Translations under genes and position numbers: made by a program
From: a virus
Taxonomy: Duplodnaviria; Caudoviricetes
Virus record (IMG/VR): IMGVR_UViG_3300030207_004498
Location: 1 to 46,671 of that record
DNA length: 46,671 nt
Reading direction: 5' to 3' (one strand)
Part shown: piece after piece, positions 1 through 7,332 of the stretch
How positions within the stretch are numbered: position 1 is the first letter of the stretch
Layout: every line of letters starts with the position of its first letter
Notes under the pieces: model-generated
Told to the model about the DNA's origin: nothing
Databases searched by the model: none
The model's input: only the letters and a program-made list of their open reading frames with translations

Positions 1-1
1 A

Positions 2-1894
2 ATGGGATTGGCTTTAAATGAAGACAATAAAGAAGAACGAGCAATTGAATTCTATAACCTGTTTAGCAATTTGCTGTACACTCCATCCACTCCTACTCTT
101 TTTAATAGTGGAACTACTCACTCTCAATTAAGTTCATGTTACCTGAACACATTCGATGATAGTATTGACGGAATCTTTGAAGGAGTCTGGCAAGAAGCTC
201 GTAAGAGTAAATACGCTGGAGGTCTTGGCTTTGATGTTACTAATTTTCGTGCTTCTGGCGCTTATATCAAAGGCACAAACGGGATTTCTGGAGGTCTTGT
301 GCCATGGCTCAAAATCCTCAACGACACACTTGTCGCAGTAAACCAAGGCGGCAAAAGACCCGGCGCTGGCTGCGCTTATCTAGAGCCTTGGCACCTCGAC
401 TTCGAGGATTTCCTCAACCTCCGCCGAAACACCGGTGACGAAAGACTACGGTGTCACGACATGAACACAGCCTCTTGGGTTCCTGACTTATTCATGCAAA
501 AAGTTAGGGCCGATGAAGATTGGTATATGTTTTGCCCCTCGGATTCAAGAGACCTACATGAAGCCTTCGGAGATTGTTTTACCACAGTTTACGAGCAGAT
601 GATAGACAAAGCCGAAGCGGGAGAACTTAAGAACTTTCGCAAGGTAAAAGCTAAAGAACTTTGGAAGAAGATGTTAAAGGTTTTGTTTGAAACCTCGCAC
701 CCTTGGATTACTTTCAAAGACCCATCTAACTTAAGGTACAGTAACCAACATCAAGGGACTGTTCACTCCAGCAACCTCTGTACTGAAATATTACTCCATA
801 CGAAACCTTCTAAATACGAAGACGGTGAAAAGGTTGAAATTGGAGAAACCGCTGTTTGTAACTTAGGTAGCGTCAATCTAAAAAATCACCTATCCCAAGA
901 CGAGTCAGGTAAATATACCCTAAATAGGGACTTATTAGCCAGTACAGTTAAAACAGCTATACGTCTACTTGATAACGTAATAGATTTAAACTTCTACCCA
1001 ACAAAAGAAGCTGAAAACGCAAACATGCAACATAGGCCAATCGGCCTTGGCATGATGGCTACTCACGATGTATTGCAACTCGTTGATTTACAATACGATT
1101 CAGATGAAGCCGTAGAATACATTGATGAACTTACTGAGTTCTTTTCTTATCATGCCATTCTTTCTTCTAGTCAACTTGCTCAAGAAAGAGGCAGTTATAA
1201 AACTTACTCTGGATCTTTATGGGATAAAGGTGAATTGCCTATTGACACATACAATCGATTACTAGATTTTAGAAAAAAATCTTCAGGCACCCCCCGGGGG
1301 GGTAAAATGGATTGGTCAGAAGTAAGGGAGAGTATTTCAAAATATGGAATCCGAAATAGCAACACTATGGCAATTGCTCCTACTGCCACTATTGGTTACA
1401 TCAACGGTGTGGAGCAGAGCATCGAGCCGAACTTCTCGGTCCTCTTCGTCTACGAAAACAAAAGCGGAAACTTCTACATCACAAACGAACAATTCGTCAA
1501 CGACATGAAAAAAGAGGGCATTTGGAATCCTCAGTTCGCGGAAGCTGTCAAGGAAGTGGATGGAGACGTAACGCTTCTCGATATCCCAGAAAAGTATAAA
1601 GAGAAGTACAAAACTGCCTTTGATCGAGATATGTTCAAATTAATTGAATGTAACGCCGCTAGACAAAAGTGGATTGACCAAGGTATTTCATTTAACCTTT
1701 ATAACAAAGGGACAAGCCTAAAATATCTTAATGACATTTATATGGCAGCGTGGGAAGCAGGCTTGAAAACTACGTATTATTTACGCAATCGAGGCGCTTC
1801 CAAAGTTGAAAAGTCAACTAAAAAAGAATATACTGAAGAAGAACAAATAGCTTGTTCTATTGCTAACCCTGAAGCATGTGAGGCCTGCCAATAA
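2..1894 (+). CDS. nrdA: Class I ribonucleotide reductase alpha subunit (5'-truncated by the window edge)
   Basis: Motifs TPTLFNSGT, LSSCY, NQGGKRPGA, SNLCTEI (thiyl-radical Cys), VCNLGS, APTATI, GLKTTYYLR (radical-path YY) and C-terminal CEAC. The frame is open to the window edge and the N-terminal part is missing. Confidence 0.97.
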   Translation: MGLALNEDNKEERAIEFYNLFSNLLYTPSTPTLFNSGTTHSQLSSCYLNTFDDSIDGIFEGVWQEARKSKYAGGLGFDVTNFRASGAYIKGTNGISGGLVPWLKILNDTLVAVNQGGKRPGAGCAYLEPWHLDFEDFLNLRRNTGDERLRCHDMNTASWVPDLFMQKVRADEDWYMFCPSDSRDLHEAFGDCFTTVYEQMIDKAEAGELKNFRKVKAKELWKKMLKVLFETSHPWITFKDPSNLRYSNQHQGTVHSSNLCTEILLHTKPSKYEDGEKVEIGETAVCNLGSVNLKNHLSQDESGKYTLNRDLLASTVKTAIRLLDNVIDLNFYPTKEAENANMQHRPIGLGMMATHDVLQLVDLQYDSDEAVEYIDELTEFFSYHAILSSSQLAQERGSYKTYSGSLWDKGELPIDTYNRLLDFRKKSSGTPRGGKMDWSEVRESISKYGIRNSNTMAIAPTATIGYINGVEQSIEPNFSVLFVYENKSGNFYITNEQFVNDMKKEGIWNPQFAEAVKEVDGDVTLLDIPEKYKEKYKTAFDRDMFKLIECNAARQKWIDQGISFNLYNKGTSLKYLNDIYMAAWEAGLKTTYYLRNRGASKVEKSTKKEYTEEEQIACSIANPEACEACQ

Positions 1895-2655
1895 TGGATT
1901 ACTCTAAAGTAAATATATTTTATCCCGTGATTGGATACACGGGGATGGTCCACTCTGATTACATGATGAGCACCATCGACTTTCTATCGGTTTGCAGACA
2001 GAAAGGAATTAAGATTGGATTAAGATCTATTTGGTTTGAAAGCTTAATTAGCCGCGGAAGAAATGCGGCTGTAGCTTTCATGCTAAACAAAGACTATACC
2101 CACCTACTTTTTGTCGATACTGATATACAGTTTAATGCATTTGATGTTTTAAAATTGGTTGACGAAGACGATGATGTAGTAGTGGGAGTTTACCCCAAGA
2201 AGTATTTCAATGGTCAGAAAATTGAGCTAATGGCCTCGACAGGTAAGCTCCCTGAATATTGGAGGCATCTAGCAACCGATTTCTCCACAGAGCTAGATTT
2301 CGAAGAATTTAAAAAATCTAAAACTCAAACTTCGGTTGAAGCTAAATACGCAGCAACTGGCTTCATGCTTATAAAAAGAGAATGTATAGAAAAAATTATC
2401 AAAGAAAAACCAGAGCTTCATTATAAAAATGATATAGATGGATATATGGATGCCGGAGATAACTTTTATGACATTTTTCAGTGTAAAGTAAATGAAGAAA
2501 CTAAGAAGTATGAGAGCGAAGATTATGGCTTTTGTAAACTCTGGACATCTTTAGGCGGAAAGATAAAAGTCGTCTCTGATGTAAATCTTGGCCATCGCGG
2601 CTTTAATACTTACTTAGGGAATCTTAAAGCACAATCTACTTATTATACGAAATGA
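1894..2655 (+). CDS. Glycosyltransferase-like protein (GT-A fold, phage type)
   Basis: SLISRGRN, THLLFVDTDI (DxD), VVGVYPKK, ATGFMLIKR, SEDYGFC and LGHRG match the common phage GT-A family. TAATG overlap with nrdA and ATGA overlap with nrdB. Confidence 0.8.
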   Translation: MDYSKVNIFYPVIGYTGMVHSDYMMSTIDFLSVCRQKGIKIGLRSIWFESLISRGRNAAVAFMLNKDYTHLLFVDTDIQFNAFDVLKLVDEDDDVVVGVYPKKYFNGQKIELMASTGKLPEYWRHLATDFSTELDFEEFKKSKTQTSVEAKYAATGFMLIKRECIEKIIKEKPELHYKNDIDGYMDAGDNFYDIFQCKVNEETKKYESEDYGFCKLWTSLGGKIKVVSDVNLGHRGFNTYLGNLKAQSTYYTK

Positions 2656-3668
2656 GCGAATCAAAGAACGGACAAATACTCGGGAAAGATGTGGCGGGAG
2701 TTAACTGTATTCTTCCGCATAAACATAAGACCGCTTGGGACTTATTCTTAAAGGGCTGCGCTAATAACTGGATGCCAACAGAAATTTCTATGGCAGACGA
2801 TATTAAGCAATGGAAAAACGGAGAAATAACTGACGATGAAAAACTTTTGGTCAAACGTTCACTCGGCTTCTTTGCCGGTAGTGAATCTCTTGTTGGTAAT
2901 AATTTATTACTTTCTGGTTTTAGGTACATTACTGATGCTGAGTGTCGCCAGTATATTCTTAGACAAGCGTTTGAGGAGAGCCTTCATAATCTTACTATTG
3001 TTTACGTTTGCGATTCTTTGGATCTTAAGATAGATGAAGTTTATCAGGCTTATCTGAACATTCCGTCAATTAAAGCCAAAGATGACTTCTTGATGAGCAT
3101 TACGACTGACTTAAGCAGATCAGATTTCAACCCTCACACTCAAGAAGGTAAAAAAGAAATTTTAAGAAATTTTATTACTTATTGGATTGTTTGTGAAGGT
3201 ATTTTCTTTTTCAGTGGGTTTGCAATGTTGCTGGCGCTTGGCCGCCAAAATAAAATGCAAGGTGTTGCTGATCAGATTAAATATACCCTACGAGACGAAA
3301 GCTCTCACATAAAATTTGGTACTTATGTAATCAATCAAATTATCGAGCAAAATCCTAAAATATGGACTAAAGCGTTTCAGCAGGAGGTGACCGAGCATAT
3401 ACAGAAAGCTGTACAGCTTGAGATAGCCTACGCTAAAGATGTTTTACCTAGAGGCATTCTCGGTCTTAACGCCGAGATGTTTGTAGACTATATGCATTAC
3501 ATCGGCAACCGCAGGCTGGAAGGTATTGGTTTGGAATATAGATTTGAATCAGACAAAAATCCCTTCCCGTGGTTAGGGGAAGTTGTTGACGTTCAAGCTA
3601 TGGGTAATTTCTTTGAAAGGAGAGTTAGAGAATATCAACAATCGGGTTCCCTTGAGGATGATTTTTGA
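2652..3668 (+). CDS. nrdB: Ribonucleotide reductase beta subunit, class Ic (R2c, Mn/Fe)-like
   Basis: Ferritin-like ligands: FFAGSE78, EE109SLH112, CEGIFF, RDESSH; C-terminal NFFERRVREY. Closely parallels Chlamydia NrdB as recalled. First ligand is Glu and the radical-Tyr position (H+4) is Ile116. Confidence 0.95.
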   Translation: MSESKNGQILGKDVAGVNCILPHKHKTAWDLFLKGCANNWMPTEISMADDIKQWKNGEITDDEKLLVKRSLGFFAGSESLVGNNLLLSGFRYITDAECRQYILRQAFEESLHNLTIVYVCDSLDLKIDEVYQAYLNIPSIKAKDDFLMSITTDLSRSDFNPHTQEGKKEILRNFITYWIVCEGIFFFSGFAMLLALGRQNKMQGVADQIKYTLRDESSHIKFGTYVINQIIEQNPKIWTKAFQQEVTEHIQKAVQLEIAYAKDVLPRGILGLNAEMFVDYMHYIGNRRLEGIGLEYRFESDKNPFPWLGEVVDVQAMGNFFERRVREYQQSGSLEDDF

Positions 3669-3685
3669 TGTAATTTCTTACACGT

Positions 3686-3880
3686 ATGCCTCGCTCAGAT
3701 ATTTTTTGCCCACTAGCTTTTAAATTAAAACAAACAACCTGCGAAATAATAGGTTTATGCAACCAATTAGAGCATTTTGAAGGAGAAAGACTTAATGGCG
3801 AATTAGTAGAGCTAGACAGAATCATAGCCTCAATGCAAAAAATTAAGAAAAAATTAATTGAAAAAGATGAATGTCTCTGA
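3686..3880 (+). CDS. Small hypothetical protein (helical)
   Basis: 64-aa ORF with ATG filling the gap after nrdB; no recognisable motif. Confidence 0.5.
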   Translation: MPRSDIFCPLAFKLKQTTCEIIGLCNQLEHFEGERLNGELVELDRIIASMQKIKKKLIEKDECL

Positions 3881-4061
3881 ATTTGAAAGAAATAAACCAG
3901 TGGAAACTCACAAAGCGATTATTTCCGCTAAGGAAAAATACGAGAAGCTGATAAAGGATACTGTGGTCATGGAAGACACCGACGCCGTAAGAGTAGAAAT
4001 GTCCCGAATGTTTCTAAATGATCTAAAGAATATTTTTCAAAAATTCGTATCTGGTCGATAA
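3867..4061 (+). CDS. Small hypothetical protein
   Basis: ORF track starts at TTG 3858; the ATG at 3867 is the more likely start. Tiles with neighbours. Confidence 0.6.
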   Translation: MNVSEFERNKPVETHKAIISAKEKYEKLIKDTVVMEDTDAVRVEMSRMFLNDLKNIFQKFVSGR

Positions 4062-4065
4062 TATT

Positions 4066-4071
4066 GTGTAA
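4066..4071 (+). promoter_or_regulatory. GTGTAA motif (candidate phage late promoter)
   Basis: ttGTGTAAaaatagttATG, 8 nt upstream of the 4080 start; same motif recurs in other intergenic gaps. Confidence 0.55.
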
Positions 4072-4079
4072 AAATAGTT

Positions 4080-4688
4080 ATGGCTAGCATAGCAGACCAG
4101 TTCAAGGGACTCCCAATCGGGACGTTAATCGCAGAGCCACTACTCGGAGCCGCAAAAGCTCAGGGTCAGTTGGCACACACAACAGAGCAATTCATCAAAG
4201 ACATCGGGCTTGAAGACGACGGAAACGGAAAACTTAGCGCACGTACCGTAGAATTCGATTATGATGCCCCGGTGGAATCTAAAGCAGCAGACGGAACCAT
4301 CACCACAACTATTGAAAACCGAAAGATGAAGGTTCCATTGTTGTCAATCATTCAAACCCCTAACTTGGGAGTAAAAAGAGCCACTGTGGACTTTGACATG
4401 GAGGTTAAGTCCAGCACTCAAGACACAAGTTCTGTAAACACGAAAACTGATTTAAGTGTTAAATATGACAACTGGTGGTCTCCGGTAAAAGTAAACCTGA
4501 ACGCATCGGTATCTACAAAAAGCGAAAACATTCGCAAAACCGACAACTCTGCAAAGTACACCGTTCACGTAGAAGCTCGAGACGACGGAGCCCCTGAAGG
4601 CTTAATGAAAGTTCTTGACATTCTCGGTGCAGCAATCCAACCTGTTCCTGCTAGTAGTGGCGGCGGTGGCGGTGGCGGCAATAAATAA
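4080..4688 (+). CDS. DUF2589 family protein (first of pair)
   Basis: N-terminal QFKGLPIGTLIAEPLLGAAKAQ, KVPLLSIIQTPNL, VDFDMEV, NSAKYTVHV and PEGLMKVLDIL match my recollection of DUF2589; Gly-rich C-terminal tail. Confidence 0.8.
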   Translation: MASIADQFKGLPIGTLIAEPLLGAAKAQGQLAHTTEQFIKDIGLEDDGNGKLSARTVEFDYDAPVESKAADGTITTTIENRKMKVPLLSIIQTPNLGVKRATVDFDMEVKSSTQDTSSVNTKTDLSVKYDNWWSPVKVNLNASVSTKSENIRKTDNSAKYTVHVEARDDGAPEGLMKVLDILGAAIQPVPASSGGGGGGGNK

Positions 4689-5164
4689 TGTCTGACGACA
4701 AATTACCTTACTCAAAATCTGGGTCATTTAAAGGTGCTCCTGCGTTAAAAACGTTCGATCACCTGATCCAATGTCTCTATAACTCTGTGGTTTATGCTCA
4801 GCGCTACGTCGAAACTGAGCATTTAAAACGGGTTATAGGGACATATTTTGATGATTATGGAAGACCTATTACTAAAAAGGTAGTACTTCCTACCTCAGAA
4901 GGAGATCAGGAGGTAGAGATACCGCTGATGACTCTGGCAGGGCATAATCATTTAAAAATTGATAATCTGGAAATGGAATTTGACGTAGATTTGGGCCAAT
5001 TTGAAAATGAAGATAATCATAAAAAACGTCGCATGATCGCCATGATTGGAAGAAAAGACCCTAAAAAAACCTTGGCTAAAGTCAAGCTTACTATCAAAAA
5101 TGGAGATACACCAGAAGGACTAGCTCGAATCAACGATAAAATTGTAAAAGCTATTCCTAATTAA
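4688..5164 (+). CDS. DUF2589 family protein (second, shorter member of pair)
   Basis: EIPLMTLAGHNHLKIDNLEMEFDV and TPEGLARIND parallel the upstream gene; TAATG overlap. Confidence 0.75.
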   Translation: MSDDKLPYSKSGSFKGAPALKTFDHLIQCLYNSVVYAQRYVETEHLKRVIGTYFDDYGRPITKKVVLPTSEGDQEVEIPLMTLAGHNHLKIDNLEMEFDVDLGQFENEDNHKKRRMIAMIGRKDPKKTLAKVKLTIKNGDTPEGLARINDKIVKAIPN

Positions 5165-5175
5165 TATAATAAAGT

Positions 5176-5412
5176 ATGGCAAGTGGTTACCTAAGACTAA
5201 TGTTGGATTCAGCTCGCAGATGCGCAGCAGCAACTCAAGACGCAGCTGAAGATGCTAGAAAAGCGGCTCAAGAAGCCCAAAACGAAGCCCAAGAAATCGA
5301 TCAAATGGCTCAAGATGCAGCGTCAAAAGCGGTAGAAGCCAGCGAAAGAGTGAAAGTCCTTGAGGCTAAGATGCTAAAGCATGACAATATGAGTCAGGAA
5401 GCTGCTTCTTAG
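5176..5412 (+). CDS. Ala-rich coiled-coil protein
   Basis: 78 aa of A/E/Q/D-rich helical repeats (AAEDARKAAQEAQNEAQE). Confidence 0.65.
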   Translation: MASGYLRLMLDSARRCAAATQDAAEDARKAAQEAQNEAQEIDQMAQDAASKAVEASERVKVLEAKMLKHDNMSQEAAS

Positions 5413-5729
5413 ATTATTCTATCTTTTATTGAGTTTATTAAGTGAACTTGGTTTTCGACTCTGATATATTTAGCAATCACAGTAGACTGTTGATTTCTAA
5501 CTTTAGTGTCGAGCCTGAGCCCTTTCTCCTCTAGAGGAAAGATAATGTCTGAAATAAAATCAAACATCCCGCGCGGCTTTAAGAAAGCCCAATATAAGTC
5601 CTTGGTATCCTCCTCGCATTCTAGTAGCACCTCCATTTCGCAATCTATTCTAGCACTACATATTACATACCTAAACGGTAAAGATTCCGTAGGAGGCTCA
5701 GAGAGCGGCGCATGAACGATCAAGTTCAT
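5409..5729 (-). CDS. Hypothetical protein (106 aa), lone reverse-strand gene
   Basis: ATG at 5729 (MNLIVHAP...) avoids overlap with ppa; stop overlaps the convergent 5412 stop; GTGTAA motif 8 nt upstream. Confidence 0.65.
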   Translation of the reverse strand: MNLIVHAPLSEPPTESLPFRYVICSARIDCEMEVLLECEEDTKDLYWAFLKPRGMFDFISDIIFPLEEKGLRLDTKVRNQQSTVIAKYIRVENQVHLINSIKDRII

Positions 5730-5737
5730 ATAACATA

Positions 5738-5743
5738 TTACAC
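5738..5743 (-). promoter_or_regulatory. GTGTAA motif (candidate late promoter)
   Basis: Minus strand aaGTGTAAtatgttatATG. Confidence 0.55.
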
Positions 5744-5748
5744 TTACA

Positions 5749-6291
5749 ATGGATAGAAATCTAGTAAATGACATTCCAATTACTGAAGACGGATTTGCCC
5801 ATGTAAGCTGTATAGTAGAGATACCTAAAGGAACTAACACAAAGTACGAGTATAACGAAAAACATAATATTTTTGAGTTAGAACGATGCCTTGTTTCATC
5901 TTTGCAGTACCCAATTAATTATGGTTTTATAACTCAGACTTTTGCCCTAGATAAAGACCCGCTAGATGTTCTGATATTTAACCATGACCCTATCGACAGG
6001 GGAAGTTTAGTAAGATGCAGAGTTCTAGGAGTCCTTGATTTTGTAGATAATAATGAAATAGATTATAAAGTTATTGCTGTTCCTCACTGGTCGCCAAAAA
6101 GCCGCTACCCAAGACTAAACTCAATAGAACCAGAACATCTTAAAATATTTAAACAATTTTTTCGTATTTATAAAATAGATAGGGCCAGCACAGTAAAGGT
6201 TGGCGAATGGAAAAACGGCAAAAAAGCAACAACGGTAGTTTTAGACGCTCATAATAGATGGCAAGAAAGGCGAGATAATGGGAATGTTTGA
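5749..6291 (+). CDS. ppa: Inorganic pyrophosphatase, family I
   Basis: VEIPKGTNTKYEY, YPINYGFITQT, DKDPLDVL (DxDPxD), DYKVIAVP, FFRIYK. Confidence 0.95.
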   Translation: MDRNLVNDIPITEDGFAHVSCIVEIPKGTNTKYEYNEKHNIFELERCLVSSLQYPINYGFITQTFALDKDPLDVLIFNHDPIDRGSLVRCRVLGVLDFVDNNEIDYKVIAVPHWSPKSRYPRLNSIEPEHLKIFKQFFRIYKIDRASTVKVGEWKNGKKATTVVLDAHNRWQERRDNGNV

Positions 6292-6808
6292 TGACATAAT
6301 TGTACCGAAGTCTTATTTAAAAGGACTTCTAACGAAAGATCAAGAGAAGTTCATTAAAAATAATGATTACCAAACCAAATCTCTTGAAAATTTTTTAAGT
6401 CAATATAAAGTTTACAGACAAAAGCTCTTTATAAAAAAGGATAAAGATTGGGTTAAGGATACTTATACCGGAAAGATTAACTTCTACACATCCTTTTCTG
6501 ATAAAGACGATAATTCATGGTGGTCTGAGTTTAACTTCTATTTTACAGATGGCGTTTTAGATAAAAAAGAGTTAGTCAAATTCGAGATGCAAGAGACTGC
6601 CGAGGAAGCAGAAGCACGAGATAGAGAATGGAAAAAAATTACAGCTCAAAGGAGACTCTTCGAGAAAACTTTGAGATATAGATTTTACAATAAAATTTCT
6701 AATTTTTTGTTTAAATTATCACAATGGGCTTATCAAAAAACCTTGCCGCCAGTAGTTAAAAAAACAAAAACAAAAGAAGAAAAGTTAAGCTTCTGGAAGC
6801 ACTCATGA
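6278..6808 (+). CDS. Phage hypothetical protein
   Basis: MGMFD...YQTKSL...YTGKINFY pattern seen in uncharacterised phage proteins; tiles with neighbours. Confidence 0.7.
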   Translation: MGMFDDIIVPKSYLKGLLTKDQEKFIKNNDYQTKSLENFLSQYKVYRQKLFIKKDKDWVKDTYTGKINFYTSFSDKDDNSWWSEFNFYFTDGVLDKKELVKFEMQETAEEAEARDREWKKITAQRRLFEKTLRYRFYNKISNFLFKLSQWAYQKTLPPVVKKTKTKEEKLSFWKHS

Positions 6809-7029
6809 GTATACCTCAAAAAGGTTATAAAGAGATAAAAGAAGATTGTCCTCCTATCCCCGAAAACACTTGCCCCCACATAGATAAAGCTCAAAAATAT
6901 TTGGAGGGATTAAGAGACCAAAACGAAGCTCTCAGAGATATTGGTAAATACTGGAGAGCCACAGCTATTAATTTACTCCAAGAATGCTGTGACTTAAACC
7001 AGTATATAAAACAAATCGAAAATGAATGA
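6805..7029 (+). CDS. Phage hypothetical protein (TCPxID + coiled coil)
   Basis: PENTCPHID followed by LEGLRDQNEALR; ATGA overlaps at both ends. Confidence 0.7.
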   Translation: MSIPQKGYKEIKEDCPPIPENTCPHIDKAQKYLEGLRDQNEALRDIGKYWRATAINLLQECCDLNQYIKQIENE

Positions 7030-7310
7030 AAAAAGGATTTACAGTATTGGAGCTCTTATTAGCCATTGCTGTTATATTTTTATTAATTTCCTTGTCCTTG
7101 CAAACTTACGCAAACGCAAAGAGGCAAGCGCAGATAGCCGCATGTCAAGTGTATAAGAAACAAATAGATACGTTAAAAAAAATGCCAGAATATAATAGCG
7201 CATACATAACTCCAGAGGATATAAAGACATTGGTTAAAACTTATGACCGATGCTATGAATGTCACGCATCAGCAAACATACAATTTTATTGGGCGGAAGG
7301 TCAGTTTTAA
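7026..7310 (+). CDS. Type IV pilin/pseudopilin-like protein with class III signal peptide and CxxCH motif
   Basis: MKKG-FTVLELLLAIAVIFLLISLSL (Gly -1, Phe +1, Glu +5, hydrophobic helix), then AKRQAQIAAC...KQ; CYECH at 7251-7265. Confidence 0.85.
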   Translation: MKKGFTVLELLLAIAVIFLLISLSLQTYANAKRQAQIAACQVYKKQIDTLKKMPEYNSAYITPEDIKTLVKTYDRCYECHASANIQFYWAEGQF

Positions 7311-7332
7311 GGCACAATAGTAAATTTAAACA

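Noticed and set aside
1289-1303. C6-G7 run in nrdA as a phase-variable or hairpin element
   Set aside because: It encodes in-frame TPRGG in a variable loop, the frame is intact, and there is no other support.
2-3668. Intein, intron or homing endonuclease in the nrd genes
   Set aside because: Both ORFs are continuous through their conserved motifs, and the intervening gene lacks HNH, GIY-YIG and LAGLIDADG motifs.
4655-4680. GGC/GGT repeat at the end of the first DUF2589 gene as a contingency locus
   Set aside because: It is an imperfect in-frame triplet run encoding a poly-Gly tail; length change would not shift the frame.
5730-5840. Extended start of the 143-aa reverse ORF
   Set aside because: It overlaps the conserved N-terminus of ppa; ATG 5729 fits better.
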